From: Felis catus
Lineage: Eukaryota
Direction: 5' to 3'
Length of the DNA: 64,000 nucleotides
Assembly: GCF_018350175.1 (NCBI RefSeq)
Contig: NC_058368.1
Coordinates: 58,592,001-58,656,000 of the forward strand
Position 1 is the first letter of the stretch; each line of letters begins with the position of its first letter. The position numbers were made by a program, and so were the translations under genes. Below are positions 12,945 to 25,226 of this stretch, in pieces. The notes beneath the pieces were generated by a model. It saw nothing but the letters and a program-made list of their open reading frames with translations. It had not been told where the DNA came from and did not search any database.

Positions 12945-13497
12945 GTGAACTTAACCAAACCTTTTAAGTGCCTGACAAAAGTAAATAAAAATTTATAGCA
13001 AGTTATGCTAGACATGAACAAATAGTCTTTCTCAGAGGGCGTTTGTTTCTTTGGTTGAAAGTAGGAGTAAACACAAACACTGAATAGATTTTAGCAGCCC
13101 TGCCTGGTACTAGATTATAGCTCCTTTATAGGCCAAAACAGAAACTTATTTTTACTGGAAACATTCTACTCTGAATGGAGAAAAAACAACCAACCAACCA
13201 AACAAACAAACAAAAAACAGAATTCTGAGTCCAGCTCTCAATATCCAGAAGGAGCTGATTTTAAGTTGATCCTGTATCTTCCAATGAAAATTATAATCAT
13301 TGCCTAGATTAAGAAGGAGACCCAGAGGATTTACAGTTAATTACTTAAGGCAGGATTTTGCCAAAACATTCCAAAGAAAAAGTATTCTACAAGATGCCAA
13401 GATGCCTTCAATAAGACATCTGTGGGCAAATACATTTGGTAAATCATGCATATTATCAGAGAAATTCAGAAAACATATTAGCACATTAAAGTCTCTT

Positions 13498-13711
13498 GGG
13501 ACGCCTGGGTGGCGCAGTCGGTTAAGCGTCCGACTTTAGCCAGGTCACGATCTCGTGGTCTGTGAGTTCGAGCCCCGCGTTGGGCTCTGGGCTGATGGCT
13601 TAGAGCCTGGAGCCTGTTTCCGATTCTGTGTCTCCCTCTCTCTCTGCCCCTCCCCCGTTCATGCTCTGTCTCTCTCTGTCCCAAAAATAAATAAATGTTG
13701 AAAAAAAAAAT
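13498..13711 (+). mobile_element. Young felid CanSINE (SINEC_Fc-type)
   Basis: Nearly identical to the 3296 and 39221 copies; TSD TTAAAGTCTCT at 13486-13496 and 13712-13722. Confidence 0.97.
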
Positions 13712-14577
13712 TTAAAGTCTCTAAGAAGTTCCAAGTTAAAGAAATCTGGTAATTTTGCTGAATGTGAGTTCCTTTTTTAAAATGTATTTGTTCATTGAAT
13801 TCTTTTCCTGTAAGCTTAGTTAATATCACGAGTTTCTGGAATTTCCAGAACACCATTTAAGAATAAAACTAATATAGAGAACTCACAGAATAATGCAGTT
13901 ATAACCATGTCTGGAGAAAAACATTGTGAAAAAGGAAATACATTACATCAAAAAGAACAGAAGTCAGAACAGCAGAATCATTTCATACCAATTACCAGGT
14001 TGTATGAGTCCCACCACACTGAAGGAGAAACCAGGCAATCAACTTAACCCTGGGAGCAGTGGTGATCTCAGTAACCAATGTTTGATCCCATCATGGCCTG
14101 AATACCATTACTCTACTTTCAGACACAGTAAATAATATGAAATCTCTGGACCTTGGGTCACTTTTTAAAGTTATTTATTTTGTCTGTTATTAACATCTCA
14201 CGTTGATTTCTTTGTCATTTATTAAAAGTCCCATTTGAAATATTGAGGTCAGCTTATTTTCAAGAAGGAAATTGGGATGAACCATTTTGATGATGTACAC
14301 TTTTATGTATGGGGTCTCAAGACCATAGCAAAGTACATTTCGCTAATGATAATTGTTTTTTTTTTTTTCTGAATGATAATGTTGATGCTTCATGATACAA
14401 GTATCCCTTAGACGAAGATTAAAAGGTTTATCCCCCAAAAAAGGAAGAGAAACAACATAGTAGAGAACTAATGCCAAGTACCCCTGGTTTAGTTACTAAT
14501 TTTGTTTCCAAAAATATTATTATTTCTAAGAAGACAACATTAATCTAACTTTCAAGTGTTCTTAGGTTTTTTGTGGT

Positions 14578-14602
14578 TGTGTGTGTGTGTGTGTGTGTGT
14601 GT
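14578..14602. repeat. (TG)n microsatellite
   Basis: About 12 perfect units. Confidence 0.95.
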
Positions 14603-16684
14603 AGCTATTTATAGACAGTGAAATGCTTTCTCAGAAAAGAGTGGCATACAACTTTTAACAATATATTTGGGAAGGCTCACAGAAAAATGATGATATGGAT
14701 TTTCTGCCAATGGTAAAAATAGCAATTGCTTCTTTTCTATTTTAATCACATAGATAGTAATAAAGAATTGAGAATAAAATGACAAAATATAAATAATGAT
14801 TGTCCTTGTGTGAGGAAATTTTTGATTAATTTATTTTCTATAGATTTGTACTTTTTACTATCCCTTTTTTACAAGATATTTATTATTTTACCAGTTATAT
14901 AAAGTAGAAAACTTGTCTTTATCAAAATAATTTAAAGAAAAAGAAAGACTTAAAGTAGGGCTACAAAAATACAGAGTGTTTTGACAACACTAGATACCAA
15001 TAATGTCAGACCAGATGGATCTAGACAGTTAATGCCATTATGTTATTTATTGTTTGGGAATAAACACATGTTATTTATCATTTGGGAGTAAATAGTGAGG
15101 TATGCAGCTATGCCTGTGGGAAAAGGCCTTGACAATCCGCACTCATTCACCTTCCCAAACATAAGTCTGTTTTTCCTCAGGTTACCACATAATCAATTTC
15201 AAACTTAGTCACCACTAATGACTGGGCCACCTGCTATTTCCTTGACTGGTTTATAATGTCTTCAGTCCTTTATAAACTTCTTTTCCTTTAGCAGCCGGTG
15301 TTATTGCCAAATTCCTTAAGATATTTCCTTAAGAATTACTGTGCAGCAATATGCAGTAGTAAATGCACAATTTTAGGAATGCTTTAGGTGAACTATCTGC
15401 CTTGAAGACATCCTAGGCATTATCCACTATTATGAAGATCCAATACCAGTTAAAACAGGGGTCTGAAAATTCTCAGCCAAAATTGATTATGAAAGTATAT
15501 TAGTTGAGCAAAACACCAATCAAATGGTGTGCTGAGAGATGATCTAGAAAAGTTAATGAGGACAAGTGAGCACATCTTTGGCATACTAACAGATAGCATA
15601 TTGTCCTGTGGCTTTCAGCTCATACTTTCCATTTAAAATCAAATTCTCAAACAATTCCTCAGTTGTAATACACTGTGAGCCTAGTGGCGATCGAGTCACA
15701 CTCATTACAATTCAGCTTTATGGGGCTAGCCTGCCATACTGGGTGAATGACAAGCAGCCAAACCACATACTGACTGATGGTTCCAAGCAGGGTGATCACA
15801 AACAAGTCAGGCAGAGAAAACATCACAAAACCCCATTATTTGGCAAGTTGAAGCACTGTGAAACATTGCTGATGGCTGAGAAGTGACAGCAGGGAAAGAA
15901 GGAAAAAAAAACTATACTAGCATGTGAGCTGCTGAATAGGGAAAGCTCCATTTGTGCAAAAATGTCATGTAGTCCTTGGGGCAGAGGCAGAACCCCGTAC
16001 AATGACAGGTCCTGCAAGCAGTGGTCATAGCTGGTGACTAACAGTTTACAGATATCCTCCATGGATTGCATTGCAACTAAGTTTGTTTTCAACCAAAATC
16101 CTAGAAAAACATTGACATTGAATCTTTTGAAAGATAGCCCTCCAAAAAATGTCTTTTGCTGAGTCACATAGCTTAGTAATGAATTACAGAGTAATCACTT
16201 AAATTGTAAATTATAGTTTGCTTAGTATAATCACTAAATTGTAATTATGCACAATTAGTGAGATTTAGCACCTTTAATTGTTGAAATATGCAAATGAAAT
16301 TCATTCATTTTCCATCCAGGTGTACTGCTATGAGACATTTCAGAACAGCTATCAAATTTGCAGACAGTAAAATGAAAGAAGGGAGGAAAGAGCCTGGGCT
16401 GACGTTACTCTTGTCTTTTTCTTTCACTGAGATGCACACAGATATGAGACATCTCCATTCCTGAAAACAGTTTTAATAACTTCCCAAACTGACCTTTGCT
16501 GAAATCTGTCTCCAAGAAGTTTCTCTTCCAGAACTGCTGTAATGGCCAGTGAGATATCCTTGAGCATTGGCACATTTAGAAACCAGAATGGACAGGGTTT
16601 ACTAAGTAAGAGGAACTGAGGCAGAGAAAAAAAAGGAGAATTTCAGAAAAACTCCCAAGATTTGGTACTTAGGCAAATGTTTAG

Positions 16685-16753
16685 ATGGTGAATCCAAACT
16701 ATATATGGTGAAGGATATATGGTGAAGGATTCACTATATATGGTGAATCCAAA
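16685..16753. repeat. Complex direct and inverted micro-repeat (ATGGTGAA x4)
   Basis: Copies at 16685, 16705, 16719 and 16740; hairpin GGATTCAC-N8-GTGAATCC at 16727-16750. Confidence 0.85.
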
Positions 16754-17604
16754 TATAGGTACATGCTGACTATAATATATCATTTCAAACCTCCCATACC
16801 AGTAGCCTGTTCCTCCCCCAAACCAGCCTACTACCTTTGAATATTCAAAAGAGAATTTGATAGAATTCTATGGGATCCAACCAATGTTAGGATGTGACTA
16901 CATTTTACATAAATATCTCTTTCAACAGTTTGAAATTATTGTGAAAAACCAGATTATACAAATTTAAGCTCTTTATGTAAGATATTTCAAAGGCTTCTAT
17001 GTCGATGTTCATTATGTATCTTTAAGGAACTGATAATGGGATTCAGCCTTTTGATATGTCCAAAACTTATATGATTGCAGAACTTTTCTATGATCTTTTT
17101 CACAAATGAAAAGTTAAGTGAAGCAGTCTTTAACCAATTGTTTTCTGCTTTATAATTTGGAAGTCTCACTTATCTGAATATGTATGTCTCAGTTTTGCTA
17201 GACTACAGGTTATTTTAGGGGATGAGTGGGATATTGTTCATCTTTATATTGCTGAAGCAAAGCAATTTTTTTTGTTATAATGGGAACCCAATCAATGGTT
17301 GTAGAATTAACAAGCAAAAAATGATGATTATGTTACAGTAATTCAAAAGCTTGACAAATCCCTTATAATAGATGAGATGCTAAGGTTTACCAGTCTTCAT
17401 TGAGTTGGGTATAATCTGATGAATCTTGGAAATAACAGCAATATCGAGGCACCTGGTAGAAAGTTCTAAACCACATTATTCCCCTACAATCTTTGATTCT
17501 TGTGTTATTTTCTATTCATACCACTTAAAAAATAATTTGTCTAGATTTACCATCTCTAAGTATAGTTGATAATGTACTATCAAACCATATGCTTTCTTGG
17601 GTAG

Positions 17605-17643
17605 GTAAATTATAGAATCTTGCTAAGTAAATTATAGAATCTT
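17605..17643. repeat. 17-bp direct duplication GTAAATTATAGAATCTT
   Basis: Copies at 17605-17621 and 17627-17643. Confidence 0.85.
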
Positions 17644-17647
17644 CAGT

Positions 17648-18251
17648 ATAGTAGACACCCTTAGGTTGACCTTAAATGAAACACACCCTTGTGTAATCTC
17701 CTTACCTTGAATGTGGGCAGAACTGTGACTGTAGAAACCCAGTATACATGGTGAAGGTGATGGGATATTCTGTTAGATTATATGACAAAGGTGAAGAGAT
17801 TTTTCCAATGGTAATTAAGGTCCCTAATCAGTTGACATTGACCTAATCAATGGAGAGATTATGCTAGGTAGGTCTGATGAAATCATCTGAACCTTTAAAA
17901 AAGTAACTAGACCTTTCCTGAAGGCAGTGAATCAACACAATGGAGAATTTTATATCCATTTTTGGTTTTGAAGAAGCAGGCAATCACAAACTATACAATC
18001 TAAAGAAATTAAATGTACTGAGCAACCTGCAGAAATTTGGAAGTGAATCCTTCTTTAATTGAGCTTCCAGATGAGACTACAACCCAGGTGACCCCTTGAT
18101 TTCAAGCTTATGTGACTCTGAGGAAAAAACCCAGCTGTAGATCAGAAGTTCTTTGACATGTGACCAACAGAAATTGTAGGATAATAAGTTGGTAATTTTT
18201 TAAGATACTAAATGTGTAGTAATTTATTATGCAGCATGGAAAATGTATACA
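17648..18251 (+). mobile_element. MaLR solo LTR, MLT1E-like
   Basis: TGAATGTGGGCAGAACTGTGA; GTAATTAAGGTCCCTAATCAGTTGAC; 3' end GTAATTTATTATGCAGCA...ATACA. Confidence 0.85.
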
Positions 18252-18359
18252 CCCATTCAAATTTAAGTTTGAGAAAAAATGTTTTCTAATAAGTCTAATA
18301 TGTTTCAAGTATGTCCCACAAAATATTTGGAGAATATTTACATAAAATAATTACTTGCT

Positions 18360-18601
18360 TGGAGCCTGGGTGGCTCAGTCAGTTAAGTGTCCAACTCTTG
18401 ATTTTGGCTTAGGTCATGATTCCAGGGTCATGGGATTGAGCCCCATGTCAAGCTCCATGCTGAGTGCAGAAACTGCTGGGGTCTCTCTCTCTCTCTCTCT
18501 CTTTCTCCCTTCCCTTCTGCCCCTCTACTCCAACTCCAGCTTGCATGTTCTTTCTAAAATAAATTTTACAAATACATACATACATACATACATACATACA
18601 T
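18360..18601 (+). mobile_element. CanSINE with (TACA)n tail
   Basis: GCCTGGGTGGCTCAGTCAGTTAAG head, CT tract, tail ending in a TACA microsatellite. Confidence 0.92.
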
Positions 18602-18611
18602 AATTCTTTCT

Positions 18612-18833
18612 TATTTTATTTAAAAATGTTTTCTTAATGTTTATTTTTGAGAGAGAGAGAGTATGAGCAGGGGAGGGGCAGAGAGAAAGAGAGACACAGA
18701 ATCTGAAGCAGGCTCCAGGCTCCAAGCTGTCAGCCCAGCACAGAGCCCGACGCAGGGCTTGAACTCACAAGTCATGAGATCATGACTTGAGCTGAAGTCG
18801 GACACTTAACCAACTGAGCCACCCAGGTGCCCC
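18612..18833 (-). mobile_element. CanSINE, tail-to-tail with the previous copy
   Basis: Antisense core ending CACCCAGGTGCCCC; ATACATA..TTTCTTA-like sequence on both sides. Confidence 0.95.
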
Positions 18834-19589
18834 AATAAATACATATTTCTTAATCTCAAATTTGAATTTACTGGGTATACTGAATCTATGTATGTATATA
18901 TGTATGTGTATGTGTATGTATGTATGTATTGCTAAATCTGGCAACCCTACTCTTGGGAAATTCTTCTCACAGCCTGTACCTGTTTCCTAACCCCCTAGAT
19001 GAGTCACTAGTACTTTCTATATTATATTTTAGTTTGAAAGCAATGCTAAATCTCACAAAAGTGCTTCTGAGAACAAAACTAAGGCCACCAAATAAGGCAT
19101 GTTTAAATTTGTGTAGTGTAGAAAATTTGTTTTGCTTTATGATTTCCATCATAGCCACACCCCACATACATATAATTCAGAGTATTTTGTCACCTTCAAA
19201 AACGCACATACATGCACAAGCACGCATTATCCATAAAACATATTCCTGAAACCACATGCTATTCAATAGCTTATTTTTACTTAAAGGATGTTTTATTGAA
19301 TTTTCCTTTTAATAAAAACCAGAACAATCAAAATATTTTTAAAGTTTATGTTTAATTTCCAGATTTCTCTTTATATCACAAGGTCCAGGTATACTAGTTG
19401 TAAAGTAGTCAATACCACGTTTTTGGATTCTAATCATAACCTCTTTAAACATGGTATCTGCTATTAAATTCTTTAGAAGTTGTAAGAATTTTCCTATAAT
19501 GAGACCATTGTGTTTGAATTTAGATGGCCTTTAAATAAAAAAAAGAAAAGAAAAAAACAAGCATTTTAAATAAAAATTGTCCAGAGTTT

Positions 19590-19940
19590 GATGTAAGTGA
19601 TTCTGGTTTTCATCTCTATTTGAACACTTATTAACTCTTTCCCTCTGGATAAGACATCCAACATTTCGCAGTCTCAAATTTTTCATCTGTGCACTGGCAA
19701 TGTGACATGTACCTGGTGGGTGCCGAAGACACACTCAGTGATAATTATAATTTAATGACAAGCATTTTAAATATAGTAATTTATTTATCATATCAATGAT
19801 AATTATTTTTTACACTTTTTACAAATGAAGAGATAGAGACTACAGGATATTAATTAACTTGTTGAAAATCATGCAATAAAATGTGCCTGAATCAGGGTTC
19901 AAATCCAGGCTGTTCTTCAATCTCATGTTCTACAGCTTCT
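19590..19940. mobile_element. Two MIR relics in opposite orientation
   Basis: CAGTCTCAAATTTTTCATCTGT (sense core) and TTTTACAAATGAAGAG...GGGTTCAAATCCAGG (antisense). Confidence 0.6.
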
Positions 19941-20018
19941 TCTAAATAAAATTTGCTTTGTATATATTCAGTTGAGTTGTTTACGTCAACTATCTTTCAG
20001 TAGAACTCTCACTGTTAA

Positions 20019-20214
20019 GGGAGCCGGGTGGCTCAGTTAAGCATCCCACTCAGTTTCAGCTCAGATCATAATCTCAGTTTGTGAGTTCGAGCCCTCATCG
20101 GGCTCTGTGCTGAAAGTCCAGAGTCTGCTTGGGATTCTTTCTCTCTCTTGCTCTCTCTCTGCCCCTCTGAAACTTGTGCATGCTCTATCAAAATAAATAA
20201 ACCTAAAAAAAAAA
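20019..20214 (+). mobile_element. CanSINE
   Basis: Head, GTGAGTTCGAGCCC B-box region, A tail; degenerate TSD AGAACTCTCACTGTTA / AGAATTTTCATTGTTA. Confidence 0.92.
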
Positions 20215-23200
20215 GAATTTTCATTGTTAGGAAAAGAAACAGGCACAAAAGTATGGTGGCCATGAGAAATGTATATGATCTCATACTCTCTGTTAAATGT
20301 TTTCACCTGTATCATCTCTTCTTATTTTCCCCAAAATGCTATGAGGCAAGTAGGGAAGATGTTTTTATCTTTGCTTACAGAAGAAAAAATTGAAACTTGG
20401 AAAAGTTAAGTAACTTTTGAGTTCAATTGGTACTTGAACCTATAGCTTCATATAAATTATTTTTGTTCTGCTTTATTTTATATCAATTACATATGCTGAA
20501 AGCATCTCCATGGAGATTATAAAGTTCCTTTCTCTGTGTGAGGCAAATAGAAAAGAAGAAAATAAAAGGCAAAGATTACACATTCATAAATTCTGGTCCA
20601 TAAAGTTTCACTGATGAATAGGAATTCATGGATAGGGTTGAAAGGGCTAGTTTTGCTCTTCTGCATTCTTACCCCAAATAACACAGCATCTATCCTTTTC
20701 CACCCTCTTGTCTGCATTCAAATGTTGAGTCGAAGAAACTTAAAAAAAAAAAAAAGCTAATATCCTGTACATCACCAGGGAATGAGTTCTGATCTTTGTT
20801 TTCATTCCTTCTTCTTTGTAGTATGGCTGGGAGATCTTAGATATCTGGCTGTCAGAGAGGAAGTGAAAAGGGGGCCAGGGAAGGACTTTTCATTCTGAGC
20901 ATTAAGTCATCTTTTCCATGTGAAGGTTTGATAAATGCCAAGTGAGCCGCGCCTGTTTTGTTTTTAGGTACATGAGAATAAATCCTTACACATATTCCCA
21001 TTCATATGCATTCCCATTCAAATCCCATTCTTTATGTTCTCAAAAAATATGATAAAATTACTTTATCCTTATAGACAGACTTTGCTTTTTTTTCAAGATC
21101 AGAATAGCATTAACACTGGTTTAGAGGATTAAATCACCTCTTTAATAAGGGTTTATTGAAAAGCTCTAATCTGTTTGGGTAGCTCACTCTTTGATGTGTA
21201 AATTGTTCCTCAATTACTAAGGCTGCAGAGAGGTTGCTTTACCAAATGTAACCTTTCCATTCATATACAGTAATGAATGCACTTGGACTCTCATTTAAAT
21301 GTCATTGTCATCCGGATGTTCACATAAGATAGGCAAAAGTAGTTCACAATAAGTGAAACCACTTCAGCCAGTAAATAACCAATGCCTTGTTAAAGTGGAA
21401 AGTAATGACTCTTTTTAGCTGTTTTTTTTAAGACTTTTTTTTTTTTTTACATTTTAGGATTTTTTGTTTATTTGTATTCTATCCATTAATCACATACATT
21501 TGAAAAAAATGTGGTATGGATTACAAATGGGTTACAAATGTATTCTGAATGAGAAACAATAAAACTTCTGCCCTAACCATCATTGTGATTAATTTAAAAT
21601 TAGAAATTGTTTCTTTTATATTCTGGTTCATTCTGTACACTAATTTAGCAGATGTGTCTTAATTTTGGACCTACCCAGAGATATTTTTTAAAATATTTAA
21701 AAAATTTTTAATTTAGCTGAATATAAATTTATAAACATATTTTTCATTATAAGGCATTGCATTCCAACATTCAGCCTTTTAAAATGTCACTAATAATCAT
21801 TAGTTTCTTGAAGATTAGTTTTCTTGAGAGATGACCTAATTTGGAGAATGTGAAATTCACTGGCTTTTAGTTCACATGAGTTTCAGTAACTTCTTTATTT
21901 GTATTATTCATCTGAATTGAGCTTTAAGTTATATTTCCTTTAGTTCTTAAGATTTCTTTCGAGTTTTGTATATAACCAAATTATCTCCTACCAAGAGATT
22001 ATTCTACTACATTCCCACAAGGGAATAAAAAATATACTTAAATATTATTTATATTTTTACATGAAGCTAGGATACTATAGAATGGGAGTTTATGATTACT
22101 ATCATTGCCTGAGTCAAAAATTATTGAATATCAAGTTATCTTATTTTACATATAGATGGTATATTTTTATGATGGCAATGTATTTTGGCAATGAAAGAGT
22201 CAGAATCATTTTCTGATCAGTGGCTATGAATTTTTCTTTTTCTTTCTTTCCCCTAATGTTGTGAAGATGTGTTAATATAGGTAGTTTAACACTTATTTCT
22301 GGCCCTGTTAAAAATATGGTCTAAAAAAGTCTACCAAAATTATAAAACAGGTATAATTTAGATCATTTACCTGGGAAATGAATAAGTGACTCTAAATCTA
22401 GGGAAAGCTTTCTATTCAATTTCTCTTTGTTTTTTTTCTAAAGAGTTATATAGTGTTTATTATGAGATAGCCACTTTAGAGATACAAACATGTGAACTGT
22501 GTGTAACAACTTTATAAGAAGGTACCATTACTAACCTATTTTGTAACTAAAGAAATTGCATCACAAAAAGATTAGAAACATATACAACTTTAAGACGGAG
22601 TTCAATGGGGAAGAGAGATTAAAGAATGTATTTCTCTAAAATTCTTTATACCAGCTTTTCTGAAATTTCACTTTAGATTTATCATTAAGAATCTTGAACA
22701 TGCACACGGGTGCACACACGTACACACAAAGACACACATAATCATTTGAAAACACTATTTACAGTATGTCCCTATTATTTGGCCAAGGCCCTATTTCATC
22801 CACTCAGCAGTAAGTAACATTTAATGAAGACACTGATACTCACATTACTGGAGTCTGGCTGAGGCAGTGCCACTCAGCGCCATATCCTAGCATCCCTGTA
22901 CCACACAATGGTCTTGTCATCTAGTTTGTAAATTGGAGCATGTATCTCAGGCTATAGCAAACCTATACTTAGGGGGATTAAAACGGTTCTCTCCCCGCCT
23001 CTAAGAGAACTTTGCTGGCACTCTTCTGAGCAGGGAATTAAATTGATATCATTCCAAATATTCTGCCCGCAATTTTCAATAGTCATGCCATTGGATTTTA
23101 TTGTTTGTCCAAATAAACAGAATCAAAAGTTGTCTTTTTGAAATTTAACTTGTTCTTCCATCAGCAAAGATATAGAAATGTTAAAAGAGGTCATTTGAGT

Positions 23201-23980
23201 ATTAAAAAAAATGTTTATTCTGGAACACATCTGCAAGACACAAATTCCACACTATCAAGGGATAAGATGGCCTCCATAATACATGGGCAGTTGGTCCATG
23301 TGACACATAAATGTGTGTCCTGGACTGAATTCTATCTACAGTTGGGGTACCTGCCTTCTTCATATTTTGAAATGTGCCAAAACTTTTTAAATTAAGTTTC
23401 ATATATTTTGTCTATTATGTATAAAATATTCTTCATCTTTCATGAGTGAATGAAATTTTAATATTTCTTTCCTGTAATGGAGATGAGTTTGCTTCAGAAT
23501 TTATTATGTGATATTCACATATAAGAGATGACTTTCCAGGACTTGAAAAATTCATAGTAAAACCATCACAACCATCAAAACAACAATAGTGCAGAATTGC
23601 ATTTTTGTAACTCACTAGCTGGTTGTGGGTAGCACCCTGCATTTTATCAATAATGACTCTCCTTAATAGTCATTTTATCTAATGAGATCATCTGTCAATT
23701 TCTTACTAAGCATTCACTACTGCTCTAAGTGTTAAAAAAAAAAAAAAGAATACTTAAAATGTCATTTCCTTTCTGCTATGCACAGCTTATTCCATTAAAG
23801 CTAGGGAATTTTGGAGGTTTGACCTGTTTCAGAAAATTACCCTAAGCTCTTTGACTGAATCCCATTTAGATTTACATCAGACTAATTCTGGGTAGAGTTT
23901 AGTGATCTTTGACATCAACAGAATAATCTCTGGTGTGATGAAATGTAGCCCTATTGACTAAATTACAGCCAATTATATTT

Positions 23981-24008
23981 AGACCTTTGACCTAAATAAT
24001 GACCTTGA
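23981..24008 (-). promoter_or_regulatory. Candidate nuclear-receptor module: DR1 plus ERR/NR5A-type site
   Basis: AGACCTTTGACCT (reverse AGGTCA-A-AGGTCT) at 23981-23993 and TGACCTTGA (reverse TCAAGGTCA) at 24000-24008; motif match only. Confidence 0.35.
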
Positions 24009-24255
24009 GATCAAGCAAGGCAATCAAGGCAATAGAATTTCCTTTTGTTCATAGCATGCACTTCTCTACGAATTGAAAATTTTACAGTTGGAAAATTAGT
24101 GATACATTGACTTATTCCCCAAATTGAGAAATAAAAATACATTAAAATAGTTTACAAAAAGTTTATCATTTAGAACATACACAATTTAAGAAGTGTAAGA
24201 TACAAATTGTAAAGGATTTTATATAAAGCCAATAAAATAACCACATATCCCTGTC

Positions 24256-24317
24256 ATTAGGAGATAAGAGATTATTAGAATATTAGGATATGTATTAGGA
24301 GATAAGATTAGGATAAA
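24256..24317. repeat. Patchwork ATTAGGA(GATAAGA) micro-repeat
   Basis: ATTAGGAGATAAGA at 24256 and 24294, with partial copies between and after. Confidence 0.75.
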
Positions 24318-25200
24318 ATTTAATTTGTTGTTTTCATATTTATTAAGTTTCAAACTCTTTGTCTCCTACTTTATGCCCTATAACTAGACACAAAATTTTA
24401 ACATGTATCACAAAAAGATAAGACTTTCTTTAAGTTATCATTATTTTAGAAAACATTTTATGTTATTTGTAAAGGATTTGGAGAAAAACTTGTTCTTTTT
24501 CCTCAGTGCTATTCTCTTGTTTTACCAACTCAAGACAAGAGGACCAAATTAGAGTTGACAAGTAACAGATTGTCAAGTGAAAAAATGTTTTTTCTTTATG
24601 CACTATATAAGAAAAAAAAACAACTAAGACAATACAGAGGAATCATTTGAGATACAGTGCTCATCTTGGATGTAAAGATATTAGCACCAACATAATAATG
24701 TATATTTCTAAGTGCTTGGTTTTTGTTGCAAAATCTTTTTTATACCAGAATAGAATTTTGTCTAACTCTTTATGGAACTGTTTGTTCCATTCATGTTAAT
24801 TACTACTGAGAAGTAGTTCATTCATTCAAGCAACTATATTTGTTAGCAGTGAGCAATAAAGGTTGCCAAGGATTTCAGGCTATGGTCCAATATATATTTA
24901 GCTGTAATTTTGAGAAACTCCTGGAAACTAGGTCATTCTCATGTTATATATATTAACAATTATTTCCCATAGAGGATCCTAGAATAAGATCGCTCCCATG
25001 AGTTACACTTAAAAATGTTCCCACATGCAAGATTTACATTACTTAACAAAAAATGAAAATGAATATAAATGGCATCATTCTGAAAGTCACTTCTATAAAT
25101 CTGTGGATGTGTTAATGATGACACAAATTTTATTAAGTTTAATTGCAAGTTAATTTACAAATAACAGCAGCCTATATAAAAAAATTAGAAATATATTAGC

Positions 25201-25226
25201 AATCAGATTTTGGAATCAGATTTTGG
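25201..25226. repeat. 13-bp tandem duplication AATCAGATTTTGG
   Basis: Two perfect adjacent copies. Confidence 0.85.

Noticed and set aside
15661..15712. Hairpin as a pre-miRNA
   Set aside because: The stem is short and interrupted, does not extend into the flanks and matches no miRNA I recognise.
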